63,968 nt of DNA, filler included, from Octopus bimaculoides (GCF_001194135.2; 6 parts of 6 records of this genome joined end to end with filler, not necessarily neighbours in it), one strand, 5' to 3'; positions 51,563 through 63,968 are shown, numbered from the whole stretch's first letter. Program-made: numbers and translations. Notes: a model not told the origin generated them from the letters alone.

Positions 51563-52372
51563 TGGTGACATTGAATAATACTGATAGACAATTACTGAAC
51601 AAGTGTAAACAAATATGACTGACACGGATAACATGTCTTTACCATAAGAACTACTTTTGGTAGCATGACGTATATGATTGAGCAACATGCTAAATGTCAG
51701 TTTTTAAAATGTTTGATAAAGAAAATAGCAAAGAAGTCCATGCAAATAACAGCGTACCAAAAATACAAAACATTTCAACAAAAATGATTCAAATACAAAT
51801 GTTTGCTGTTTTATATTTACAAATAGAATATCTGTTTTAAATATCTGTTTATTTCTGTAATATTGATTAATGATTCTGAATGCAAAATATTTTATCCTAT
51901 GTATTACAAAGAGATTTGATTTTAGAAATATTTGCATTCATTTAATCATTGTATGTCAACAGGAATATTGTACTAAGCCGTCGAAATCGTGAGAAAAATT
52001 TGCCACTTTAAAGAAAAAATAAAATTATGTATTTATTTATTTTCAATTCATTGTAACAGCGAATACAGTACTATTGTCATTTCTATGTAAACTTGAATAA
52101 CCTACAGACACACATATACGTTCACACACATATACATGTTCATATGAATATGATAAATACACACACAACACATACACACACACCACATACACACACACAA
52201 TTAATAGTAGTGTGTATGCATGTAAGCGTGTGCTCGTGGGTCGATGATTTTGTGGGCGTATATTGTGTTTTTTTTTTTTTGTTAAGAAAATTTATAACTA
52301 AAACGAAGTCGGCTTTAATCCAGAATCCAGATCTTTAATTAGAAATTAAAACAATATGCGCATATGTATATA

Positions 52373-52418
<46 letters not shown>

Positions 52419-55400
52419 TATGTGTGTGTGTATGTGTATGTGTGTGTGTGTGTGTGCGTGCGTGCATGCATGCATGTATGCAAGCATCATTCATCTCGGA
52501 CTGGATGTTTGTGTGTCATTCCATCAGTGATTTGATTTCTGAACGTGTACTTATATAGATTTATATAAACATCTTACATGCTGAAATTCGCAATGCTTTA
52601 CACACTCTCTGAAATTCATTAAAAGATTGTGTTTGCAATTTCTTATTCAACCGTGTACGTTCCGGCTTCCTAAAACCTGGATTCAAAATATTGGCGTCAT
52701 CTCAATTACTTAAATAGCAAAGAGTTTTCATAATTTCTTACACTAACTTATATTCAGTTTCGTGATATATGTGATACATTCTGTGAAAACTTTACTAGCA
52801 CTGAATAAAAACTAGTATATGTTTTATTTTTTTTTCTATTTAACATCACATCAACATCTGCTAGACAAATAATTATAATATTTTTTCTCAATCCTAGATG
52901 ATAGTATGGTTGGTTATAGATTTATTTTACAGAGGTTTTGATGCGTATATTTAACTAAAACCTTTCATATGAAAATGTCGTTTGGTACCTCAGATCTATC
53001 CTATATAAGGACTATATTGCACATTGTTTTCGCTACTACATGTTCCATATGTAAAAGGTTCTTTGATGACATTTTCAACGCGTGTTCTCTTTTATTTGAA
53101 AGAGTTTGTATCGGTTTTCTCAAGATTTATATTCCAAACTGTGTGGAATACTTTACCAGCGTGTATATTCTGTTTGTGAACCAGATATTGTTTTATTTAC
53201 TGTTACTAAATAGCAAAATATTCATAGAGTTAACAACGCATGCAACATTCGGCTGATAATCAGAAAATCTTTCGTATGTTCTAACATGGTAGAGAGGTAC
53301 AATATCCATGAGTGTGTATATCTCGTAGTCAGAGAATTGTTTTCCCGACTCATTTACATTGTATTGTTATTACAACATTGCCCCAAGAGGAAAACATTTA
53401 GACACGATGCATGAATCGCAGCATGCAACTGGTCAATTATGCAGGTGTGTACATCAAACTGTTAATTTTTTTCACAAAGTTTTGATTGAGATTAGTTGTG
53501 TTGCGGTTGGGAAATTAAACCAAGAAACCAAAATTAAGACAAAAAAAAAAATTCAAATACAAATTAACAGCGCCTATTCAGCAAGATAATGCGCTACACT
53601 TAAGTTTCCATTAATTTTTTTATAGCTCACATGGTGTATTAATTGTAGCTGTACGGCTTATCGATATATTTTATCTATATACACGCATGCGTGGGTATGT
53701 TTAATGTTTGCATTCGAAATATTTTCTTTTCTGCAGCTATTATAATGATAGAGCAANNNNNNNNNNNNNNNNNNNNNNNNNNNNNNNNNNNNNNNNNNNN
53801 NNNNNNNNNNNNNNNNNNNNNNNNNNNNNNNNNNNNNNNNNNNNTTCTATTTTTTTTTTTTTGTGTAATTGTAACAATCAAGATTTAGATTATTAAAAAA
53901 TAATAAAAACGTTATACGGAAAATCTTGATTCATTTAAAAGCTAAATAAAAAGAAAAATCTCTCAGCTTAGAAAAATTTTGCTCAGAATGCAGAAACTAA
54001 TAAAAATAACATAAACGAGTAATTCAAAAATTTCGAAAGATTTTTAAAAAAAGCGATATGAATTCAAGCAAAGCTTGAGATATAAGATTGAGCTGAACCA
54101 AAGAAGAAAAAAAAGCCTATATAAAATATACTTCGTGCAAATATCATATACCGACTGCCATAAAATCAATACAACTGCCATGTGTGTAATATGTTCATGC
54201 TTTATACTTAGAACATACACGGACTTTTCAACTTGATGAACATTGGGAGTCTTTTAGATTTAAAAGACAACAGATGACTACTACTACTACTACTACTTAA
54301 TATAATCGATAATTATTATGATATGTTTGTAGGCATAAATGCGTTTCTACTATAAAGAATCGAACATTAGAAGTTGTGATATCCACGATTCACGTAAACT
54401 TATGGCTAGTATTTTTAGCTGACACAGCTGGTATGCTTTTTGAATTGTTAGATTACTTCACACTTCTCATTTAATAGGATTGACGTAGCTTCCTTGTCTT
54501 CGTAATGTCTCACATTCTGGAGGAATTTATCCTCATCCACCTCGTGATTGATAATCTTATATATATTTAAGAAAAAAAAAACATAAAAAACTTGATATCC
54601 TAAGCTTAAACAGCCGTATTTTAGTAAAATCTAGGTAAATATGTTGAATAATATGAATCTTTGGCTTAGGACATTGCTAAACAAAAGAAAGAATAATAAA
54701 AGAATAATGAATGTTACCGCATAAGCCTTACACGAAACCCCTAAGATAATAGACGAGGTCACCAAAGAACTATCTACACGTAGAACTCAAGGAGGCAGAG
54801 TATACCTGGGACGATTTTTAAAAAAAATAGGACTCGGGTGTGATAAACATGAAGACCAAGTGGCGAAATTTAGTCGAAATAATTCCACTTCCAGAAATGC
54901 AAATTTATTGAAGAATAATAACATATGTCAGCAATAGCTAATAGATATGATTTGTGAAGTCGAGACATTGAGTGGACATACATGGTCGCAGGATATGCTG
55001 GAAACAGAAGCCAATTATACTTATCACAAATTCTCAAAAGTCTGAAATACTTCTGCTAACCTACATATGACATGGAGCGTGTCATCAGGAACAACATAAG
55101 CAGTCACTGTTTTATTATTATAAGATTGTCGTATATCTGTAACATGTATGACTTCAGAAATAATGAGAATTTTCCAGTCCATCTTATATAATCGATTAGT
55201 TAGAGAATAGGCAAGCTTCATTATAGATATGAATAAAATAGTAAAGACACAACAACCTATATAGAAACACCCAGATATTAAAGAAGCAGAACAAATAGAG
55301 AGGTGGTGGAGGCTGCGATTATAACTCGCAGATGTATGCAATTTGAATGAGGATTGTTAATTCTTATGTAAAAGCCAGCATTGCTCTCTAGTAAATACAT

Positions 55401-57325
55401 CTTCATAATGAATTGGAATTTCATTGAAGTGAAATTGCATTGACAAAATCAGCGTAACTCTCATTAATTATTCAGCGTTCATATCATTTCTAGATGTTAG
55501 CTGCACCTATAAAAATAGTACATATTTCTATTTAAGTACGTGAAATTAGAGTTTATTGAACCGGTAAGATAAAAAAATACTCAGACATTTATCCAACCAT
55601 ATATAATTGCAGCATATGACAGATATTAAGTTAAGCGATAGTTAATCAAATAAAATTATGGCTTCCCATTAAATAAAATAAACCGTACGTTTTCTTGTTG
55701 AATCTGCCATATTATCTCCTGTTTTTATTTCACTTCTTTCTCTTTATCTGCTTCTTTTTTCCCTATACCTGATTCTGTCTCCTCTATCTCTCTCTTTATA
55801 TATATATANNNNNNNNNNNNNNNNNNNNNNNNNNNNNNNNNNNNNNNNNNNNNNNNNTATATATAATGGTGTAAAAAGATTCTACACCCGAGAAATAATA
55901 AACTTATTTCCAAACAACATAGCATCACGGTCAATGACGCTGAAAATCTCCTACTGCATGAGTTAGAAGTTTAATGAATTTGTCTTATAGAAATGGCTGA
56001 AGCGAACACTGAGAACGGTGACTATAAAATCTAATATTTGTAAATATTTAGTGGTTATTATATATCGATTTGCAAGAGTTATTTCTTACGCAACATAATT
56101 AAAAATTAGAGACCGTAGAATGATGGATTAATTACTTTTTAGTATCAATATTTATGAGTACAGAGTAGATCATATACACTGGAAAGAAAAGCATTCTAAA
56201 GCACAGTGCTAATCCGTAGTGTAATACAAAGAAAATTGCTTTTTTCAGATGAATTGATAACTCCGAAACCTCAGTTTCTTCCGTCCCCACAAAATACATC
56301 TTCCGCTACCAATTCTCTTGCATAAATCTTGAATTACATTGTGTGTTGCAGTTTGGATTTGAGTTGCACTTAAGTTGCATACTATTTTATATCTAAGTAT
56401 TAAATCGGCCATACGCTATCCTAAGATACCTGAATTTGTCACGATATTAAGATGATACGAACAATCAATATATCAATGATATAATAAACTTGCAGTATTG
56501 AACTGTATATACTTATGCTTTAACTTCAAATCTCCAAACTTTTAAAACCATCCGCCATTTGTGACCTCATCTGTATAATCAAATTTATTAATAATAGTAT
56601 TATTAATACTATTATCATAGTATTATAAATATTAACAATGCTATTTACTCGTTAAAGGTACACGTGCACTATGCTGATGGAACATTACTGGAGTTTAGAA
56701 GAAGAGTGGAAAGTGTAATAAAATAATTTTTCTTTCTTTTTCAAAATAGTCAGCAGATGATATGTTGGCAGAAAAATGCTTATAAAAGCAAACAGATCAC
56801 ATGTACAGCGATGAATGATGGTGAATTACGCTGGATTAGATCACTTTACAGAAGCGCTGTATTCTGAATTCCTTTGCTTGAAGATTTACGGAGCATATTA
56901 ATATTATCAATGATATTTTCATCATTAAAATACTTGAAGAATTGAAGTATGTAAATGATAAGCTAACGAACTGTTAAAATGTCGGAATTTTGTTACATAG
57001 CTTTCTGAGTTTGTCAGTGAATTGACAGCTATAGTTAACATCAAATGTAAGAGAGTGTGATGCTTCAATCGGAGAATGTGTCGGTAATGTCATTGAACAA
57101 ATCAGCGATTCGTGCTCTGAAGTGGGGTAAACGATACGATAATTACATCACATGTTCTGAGTTCAAAAGAAATGTGAGCAACTTTTTTTAGTCAGAGTTC
57201 ACTGCTTTCGAATCGGACTCGTTCCCGAAAAGAATAAGAGAATTTTAACTTTCGTGTTATGAGTCATACAATCACATTCTCTCTCTCTCTTTCTCGCTCT
57301 CTCACGCTCGCTTTCTCGCTCTCTT

Positions 57326-57360
<35 letters not shown>

Positions 57361-57375
57361 TTCTCTCTTTATATA

Positions 57376-57475
57376 NNNNNNNNNNNNNNNNNNNNNNNNN
57401 NNNNNNNNNNNNNNNNNNNTTAATTAATTAANNNNNNNNNNNNNNNNNNNNNNNNNNNNNNNNNNNNNNNNNNNN
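57376..57475. other. Artificial scaffold join spacer (44N-TTAATTAATTAA-44N)
   Basis: Same 100-bp layout. Confidence 0.95.
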
Positions 57476-57514
57476 ATGTATGTATGTATGTATGTATGTA
57501 TGTATGTATGTATG

Positions 57515-57689
57515 CTTGTCCGCTAAATCCACAAGTTTTCTTATTATCTCTCGTTTTATCTTCTCCTATTCCGTTCTGTTAAAGAGCTCAAAACGTAAAA
57601 GACTTTCTCACATTTCCGAGCGACAAACGAATACACCTGCTTACTGTTCATACACGATGTCTTCGTCTTTTGTTTTCTGTAATTTCATC

Positions 57690-57695
<6 letters not shown>
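57515..57695 (+). mobile_element. Short interspersed terminal fragment, probably Penelope-related, between microsatellites
   Basis: Its end tgtcttcgtcttttgttttctgtaatttcatctatatat resembles 12540-12580 (ctgtcttcgtttgtttttgtgaattctccctatatatat). Confidence 0.4.
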
Positions 57696-57751
<56 letters not shown>

Positions 57752-57755
57752 TGTG

Positions 57756-57796
<41 letters not shown>

Positions 57797-58069
57797 TCAA
57801 TATCATCTGGGTGATAACCTTATAACGTGTATTTAAAAGCTCCTCTAATATTATCGGCTACCATATGACATCATGCAGCAGGTTTATTCTTTCAGCTGGA
57901 TAAACATGTGGGACTCCGATATCGAATTTACATAGCAATTTATACTAGACGAAGATAAAATAAACAGGCTTTAATTACAAATTACAACATTCGTTTCTGC
58001 ACAATAACAACAGCTGCGACTTGATGAGTTGTCTTTCTCATATCATTCGTTTATATTTTTTTATCTTTG

Positions 58070-58162
58070 ATCTCCTACTTGCTTCAGTCATTTGACTGCG
58101 GCAATGCTGGAACACCACCTTGGAGGGTTTTAGTCGAACAAATTGCCCCAAGACTTATTTTT
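58070..58162 (-). mobile_element. SINE family A, 3' end
   Basis: Reverse complement of the 18280-18360 segment (ttcagtcatttgactgcggcaatgctggaacaccacc). Confidence 0.8.
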
Positions 58163-58633
58163 NNNNNNNNNNNNNNNNNNNNNNNNNNNNNNNNNNNNNN
58201 NNNNNNNNNNNNNNNNNNNNNNNNNNNNNNNNNNNNNNNNNNNNNNNNNNNNNNNNNNNNNNNNNNNNNNNNNNNNNNNNNNNNNNNNNNNNNNNNNNNN
58301 NNNNNNNNNNNNNNNNNNNNNNNNNNNNNNNNNNNNNNNNNNNNNNNNNNNNNNNNNNNNNNNNNNNNNNNNNNNNNNNNNNNNNNNNNNNNNNNNNNNN
58401 NNNNNNNNNNNNNNNNNNNNNNNNNNNNNNNNNNNNNNNNNNNNNNNNNNNNNNNNNNNNNNNNNNNNNNNNNNNNNNNNNNNNNNNNNNNNNNNNNNNN
58501 NNNNNNNNNNNNNNNNNNNNNNNNNNNNNNNNNNNNNNNNNNNNNNNNNNNNNNNNNNNNNNNNNNNNNNNNNNNNNNNNNNNNNNNNNNNNNNNNNNNN
58601 NNNNNNNNNNNNNNNNNNNNNNNNNNNNNNNNN

Positions 58634-59844
58634 GTCCTAAATTATTAGGCAAGTGCCCAATAAAAGTGTTATTGTGGGTCAAAAACGTGATTTAACATCA
58701 AATGAGAAGTCCACCATCGTCTCAGAGCTTGGAAAAATAAAAACGACATTGGAAATATCAACGATCCTGGAAAGAGATCATCGAACAGTGAAGAAATTTG
58801 TGGGGCCTTCTGCTGTCCGCTCGAGGGCTGGCAAGGGTAAATCTAGAGTTGTTTCCAAGCGTACTCTGTCACTATAACAAGGACACATGTCTGACTAGTC
58901 GAGAAGTATTTAAACGTCGTGGTAGGGAAGACATTTCGAAATCTACCAGGTGTCGCCTCCTGAAGCAGGTAGCCAAGAACGTAAAACCTGTTACAAAGCC
59001 TCCTCTGAAGGCTGTTCATAGACAAAATAGTGTCAAATGAGCAGAAGACTACATGAAGATAGATTTTTCAATTGTCCTCTTTACTGACGAATGCTGTGCT
59101 ACCCTAGGCAGACCAGACGGGTGGAGTAAAGGCTGGGTTTCAATTAGCGGAAATCGTCCTCATCGTTTGAGACGCTAACAAAAGGGAAGCGGAGTCATGA
59201 TTTGAGATGGCATCATTGGGGACAAGTTGGTTGGTCCTTGGAAAATTCCAGATGAAATTAAGATGACATCTGATGCCTATGTTGCCTTTTTGGAGAACAA
59301 TTTTAAGCCATAGTTGAAGAAGTAGAAAATTTCATTAAAGAGAATGCTGGTATTCATGCAAGATAATGCGCCGTCCCATGCAGCTAAGAAATCTCTGAAA
59401 TACCTACAGCAATTAGGCTTCTCTGGACACCGTTTGATGAAATGGCCAGCGTGTTCACCCGAATTAAACCTAATTGAAAATCTATGAAACGTTCTGAAGA
59501 GGAAGATATATCAAGATGGACAGCAGTTTTCAATGAAAGATGCACTCTGGGAAGCTATTGTGGATGATGCCGACATTATTACACCAGATGAAATAGTTAA
59601 CTTGACAAATTCAATGGATAAACGTGTCAGGGGCGTACTTTCATATGGAGGATCATACATCCATTATTAAAACTTTATGACGTCATATTTCTTGTATTAT
59701 TTCCATTCAAACATATCATTATGTTAATTATAAAGTCCGTTATGATTATATTTGTTGTTAAAAATTAATTGTCGCATTAAATAAATGCTTGTTTTTGCAC
59801 AATTAGCATTTTTTATTAGACCTACCTAATAATTTAGGACGGTA
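58634..59844 (+). mobile_element. Tc1-like DD37E (TRT-type) transposon, near full length, pseudogenised transposase (58674-59670)
   Basis: TIRs gtcctaaattattagg (at the gap edge) / cctaataatttaggacgg-TA. Translation (V)GQKRDLTSNEKSTIV...RDHRTVKKFV...STRCRLLK...LFTDE...MQDNAPSHA...WPACSPELNLIENL* has 37 residues between the second D and E, six in-frame stops and one frameshift. Confidence 0.92.
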
Positions 59845-60354
59845 AAAACGATGCCTATTAACAAAAATGGCCGTTGTTTCTTTACGTAGGAGTGGATCAG
59901 ATATATTTTGGTACAGTACATTCAAATGGGTGTTATAATCAGGCAGTGGGAAAATATCTGGATTCGAACGAATGAATACTCTGTTATTACGAAAAACTGA
60001 GTAGGTTGCTTTTCAAGAACTGATGGATCACGCGTGATACCCTCTTCTGAAATATCTTTGCTTTATTAGCAATTCCTCCTTTACCAAGTATTTCATAAAT
60101 TCAAGGCTACACGAGTTACAAACATCAAAAGAGATGTATGTATGTATGTATATATGTATGCATGTATGTATGTATGTATGTATGTATGGATACATGGTGT
60201 TAGTTAAACTAAATAGAAAGTAAAGAAATCGATTTCAAAGTTCGTTAATTAAATCAAAAAGGAAATCCCGACGCGCAAATAGCAAATATGCAAATGAAGA
60301 TCAAAAACTAACACCTTCTCTTTTTATCTCATTGTAAGATTATTATGCATATAT

Positions 60355-60454
60355 NNNNNNNNNNNNNNNNNNNNNNNNNNNNNNNNNNNNNNNNNNNNTT
60401 AATTAATTAANNNNNNNNNNNNNNNNNNNNNNNNNNNNNNNNNNNNNNNNNNNN
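60355..60454. other. Artificial scaffold join spacer (44N-TTAATTAATTAA-44N)
   Basis: Same 100-bp layout. Confidence 0.95.
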
Positions 60455-60705
60455 ATGTATGTATATATGCATATATTTATATATTATTTATATCATATAT
60501 ATATGTTCACATTGCTGAAATAAATGGAGTCGCATGAAACGATCGTACTGCATTAACTTTGGATATCCTTGTTGCTTATTTTGATTTTAATCACCTATTT
60601 TGGAATTGTATGGATAATACCATTCTGGTGCCTAAACTTAAGTACCATATTCACCTTGGATCTTTACGCGCGCGCGCGCATATATGTATTAATATATATA
60701 TAAAT

Positions 60706-60815
60706 ATACAAGGCGTAATCGTGTGGTAAGAAGCTTGCTTCCCAATCACATGGTTCCTGGTTCAATCCCAAAGCTTTGTGAGTGGATCTGGTAGACGGAA
60801 ACTGAAATACAATCA
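60706..60815 (+). mobile_element. SINE family A head with internal deletion
   Basis: gtgtggtaagaagcttgcttcccaatcacatggttcctggttcaatccc joined directly to aaagctttgtgagtggatctggtagacggaaactgaaa. Confidence 0.8.
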
Positions 60816-60830
60816 TCGAATATGTGTGTT

Positions 60831-62024
60831 TGTGTGCGTTTGTATGTGTGCGTGCGCGCGCGCGTGTGTGTATTTGTTTATATATATTAGTACATCTTTC
60901 GTATGTGTATTTCAGGGAGATCAATTAGATCAATAATATGTAAAACATATCCCTTCAGAAGAACAAGGTGTGTTGAGGAGAGTTGCATTGTGTGCAAAAA
61001 TAGTCCTGGTGCCAACTGCAAAGCCAGAAATGTAGTCTACAAAATAAGCTGTATGGATGGTGAGTGTAAAAACAGAAACACCACATACATAGGTGAGACG
61101 GCAAGAAGTTTGGCTGAGCGTGTAAACGAACATTGGAGGGACTATAATAATCAAAAACAAACCTCGGTGCTCTACCAGCATGCCAAAGAACAACATGGTG
61201 GTGTACTGGACAGAATTAACATAGAAATCCTGTCTAGACACCCCGGTGACGCATCTTTGCGACAAATACAGGAGTCGGTCCTCNNNNNNNNNNNNNNNNN
61301 NNNNNNNNNNNNNNNNNNNNNNNNNNNNNNNNNNNNNNNNNNNNNNNNNNNNNNNNNNNNNNNNNNNNNNNNNNNNNNNNNNNNNNNNNNNNNNNNNNNN
61401 NNNNNNNNNNNNNNNNNNNNNNNNNNNNNNNNNNNNNNNNNNNNNNNNNNNNNNNNNNNNNNNNNNNNNNNNNNNNNNNNNNNNNNNNNNNNNNNNNNNN
61501 NNNNNNNNNNNNNNNNNNNNNNNNNNNNNNNNNNNNNNNNNNNNNNNNNNNNNNNNNNNNNNNNNNNNNNNNNNNNNNNNNNNNNNNNNNNNNNNNNNNN
61601 NNNNNNNNNNNNNNNNNNNNNNNNNNNNNNNNNNNNNNNNNNNNNNNNTAATTTAACAAAAAACTATATAAATTAATAAAGGACTGAACCAGTGCGTGTG
61701 TTTATTACCGGCATAATGCCTCTCCCAAGGTTTAATTGTATTAGTACATCATCATCCGGTCAAGTTTGCTCGGATATATATTAATACATACATACAAAGA
61801 AACATATATACATGCATACATACATACATACATACAAACATCCATATATATATATATATATGGATGTTTGTATGTATGTATGTATGTATGTATGCATGTA
61901 TATATGTTTGTTTGTATGTATGTATTAATATATATCCGAGCAAACTTGACCGGATGATGATGTACTAATATATATAAACAAATACACACACGCGCGCGCG
62001 CACGCACACATACAAACGCACACA
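60831..62024. repeat. Foldback palindrome (~160-bp arms, TA-repeat centre near 61852) with the left arm split by the Penelope insertion
   Basis: 60831-60896 is the perfect reverse complement of 61959-62024 (66 bp); 61741-61843 is the near-perfect reverse complement of 61862-61968. Confidence 0.9.
60897..61738 (+). mobile_element. Penelope-like element fragment: uninterrupted Cys-rich linker plus GIY-YIG endonuclease frame, flanked by a 12-bp direct repeat
   Basis: RRTRCVEESCIVC...NCKARNVVYKISC...TTYIGETARSLAERVNEH...SVLYQHAKEQH...IEILSRHPGDASLRQIQES, open up to the N gap at 61284; tattagtacatc at 60885-60896 and 61739-61750. Confidence 0.88.
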
Positions 62025-62480
62025 TATACATACATATGTACGTACAACGTATATATATATCTATGTGTTATTTTGTCTCGCCAGAGGCACACATACTGGT
62101 GTGACGTCAGAGTGACGCTAGTTTATAATGACATCAGGTCGTTTTCTTTACACATCGACGAAAGTACGTCAGTAGCATCGTGTGGTTTGTTTATCATGGT
62201 AGATGGGCTGCACTGTGCGAGATACGAGTGGCTGGGTAATAAGGGGTAGTCGTAGAGGTAACTTCTGAAATTAGGTGAGAAGCGAGTTGAGAGATGAGAG
62301 CGGATTAAAGCTTGACCATAATGACGACAACAAGGATAGAGATTTCCTAATATATATTTTATCAGATTACTGAAATCAATGATAACAGTGTTTGTTAATA
62401 ATTCCGCTCCGCTCTCTCTCTCACGTTCATACACAAATACTGTGTGATGTATACACACATATTTACATATATACACGCAC

Positions 62481-62518
<38 letters not shown>

Positions 62519-62798
62519 GTATATGTATATGTATATGGCTTTTTATGTCGAGGTTATACTAAAAACAATGTTACATTAAACTCAAGGATTTACTTGATAC
62601 TTTTTGAAAAGTACATATTTATCATCCATTAACAAGAATAGTGTTGATAGACTTCGAAGTTTCAACTTACCCTCCATCGGACCACACACACATATTTCTT
62701 CCCTATGCAAAGAACCCAGGACCATGTCTCCACTGTTCCTTTTTAAAAGACGGTAATGAAGTGGTTTGAGGGGTATTTGGCTACTATTATCTGTAGCG

Positions 62799-62898
62799 NN
62801 NNNNNNNNNNNNNNNNNNNNNNNNNNNNNNNNNNNNNNNNNNTTAATTAATTAANNNNNNNNNNNNNNNNNNNNNNNNNNNNNNNNNNNNNNNNNNNN
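62799..62898. other. Artificial scaffold join spacer (44N-TTAATTAATTAA-44N)
   Basis: Same 100-bp layout. Confidence 0.95.
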
Positions 62899-63221
62899 GT
62901 GCGGGCGACACATGAATTCTTTCGAGCAAGATCGTTGCCGGTGCCCCTGGGCTGGCTCTTGTGCGGGTGACACATGAGGTTTCTCGAGCGAGATGAGCGT
63001 GGCCATTGCCAGTACCGCCTGACTGGCCTCCGTGCGGGTGACATGTAAAAGCATCCACTACACTCTCTGAGTGGTTGGCGTTAGGAAGGGCATCCAGCTG
63101 TAGAAACTCTGCCAAATCAGATTGGAGCTTGGTGTAGCCATCTGGTTTCACCAGTTCTAAGTCAAATCGTCCAACCCATGCTAGCATGGAAAGCGGACGT
63201 TAAATGACGACGACGACGACT
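62899..63221 (+). mobile_element. SINE with internal tandem repeats and an RTE-like 3' tail
   Basis: Three gtgcggg(c/t)gaca units at 62899, ~62961 and ~63032, then tggttggcgttaggaagggcatccagctgtagaaa...catgctagcatggaaagcggacgttaaatga(cga)n. Confidence 0.8.
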
Positions 63222-63469
63222 ATCAGCACAGAAGATCCTCATTTCATTGAGAACTCAAGTGTAACAACTTCTCTAGCTCTCCCTGCCAGGTTCTGAATTG
63301 TACACATTCACATGTATGAGATAACAATTTGATTTGCATTAATCTACAGTTTTGAACAATTTACTAAACTAATTTTCTATCTGTTTATTCTAAGCTTTTC
63401 ACATAGAATACTGACATTGCTGAAACCTCTTTTACTTTCCAAAAGTGTGTCTAAACAGAAGCAGCAGAA

Positions 63470-63880
63470 TTTATCGCAGTAGATTAGATTGACCCAGTAC
63501 GCAACTGGTACTTAATATATTGACTCCGAAAGGATGACAGGCAAAGTCGAACTCGGTGGAATTTGAACTTAGAATCTAAAGTCGGAGGAAATACTGCTAA
63601 GCATTTCACCCAGTGTGCTAATGTTTCTGCTAGCCTGCTGCCCTCAAAGTGAAAATTATTATAACAAGGATTTTATTTTTATTGTTAGAAATGCTTAAAA
63701 CTGTTTCTAATAATTTAGGCACAAAGCCAGTAATAAGGAAGGGATGAGTTAAGCTGATAACATCAACTCATCTAGCTCAATGGGATGAAAGGCAAAATTG
63801 ATCTTAACATGATTTGGACTCAGAATGTAAAGTGCCAGAAGAAATATCTCATGGCATTTTCTCCAATGTTTTAAGAATTC
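63470..63880 (-). mobile_element. Two SINE family B copies
   Basis: gaaaggatgacaggcaaagtcgaactcggtggaatttgaac (63528-63568) and ggatgaaaggcaaaattgatc (63783-63803). Confidence 0.8.
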
Positions 63881-63968
63881 TGTCATGATGATTACATACG
63901 AATTAGTTTTACAACTACTAATGGTACTACTAAAATGTAAATGTAGTGCTAAATGGATAAAAGCGGGA

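Noticed and set aside
52969-53256. Hydrophobic 95-aa ORF as a receptor fragment
   Set aside because: The composition is explained by T-rich DNA; there are no conserved GPCR or channel motifs and no splice support.
62899-63045. Repeat-spacer appearance as a CRISPR-like array
   Set aside because: The context is eukaryotic, the inter-repeat segments are mutually similar (tandem units), there are no cas genes, and it is part of a SINE.

Overview
This is AT-rich, microsatellite-saturated eukaryotic DNA from a draft assembly, with many N gaps and five artificial 100-bp joins (44N-TTAATTAATTAA-44N). The repeat content (two abundant tRNA-type SINE families, an RTE-tailed SINE, dense CA/TA/GA/AAT/GATA tracts) looks like an octopus genome. 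That species assignment is an inference from remembered repeat families, not a search. No complete or identifiable host protein-coding gene was found; almost all track ORFs are microsatellite or N-gap read-throughs. What can be supported is a transposon graveyard: two Tx1-like LINE 3' fragments, an R4/Dong-type LINE 3' end, three Penelope-like (GIY-YIG) fragments, a Gypsy (Mag-like) integrase-PPT-LTR-PBS fragment, an internally deleted irritans-type mariner, a maT-like remnant, a Chapaev3-like remnant and a near full-length DD37E (TRT-type) Tc1 element. The most notable structures are a ~330-bp foldback palindrome interrupted by a Penelope GIY-YIG insertion with a 12-bp duplication, relic hammerhead-ribozyme folds in Penelope termini, an LTR flanked by both a PPT and a tRNA-Ser PBS, head-to-tail SINE stacking in (ATT)n tails, an ETS/YY1/RFX promoter-like cluster and a candidate first coding exon (MAEAGEAVCTE). 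I found no evidence for a wholly new biological system. Family names rest on recalled motifs and need database confirmation.
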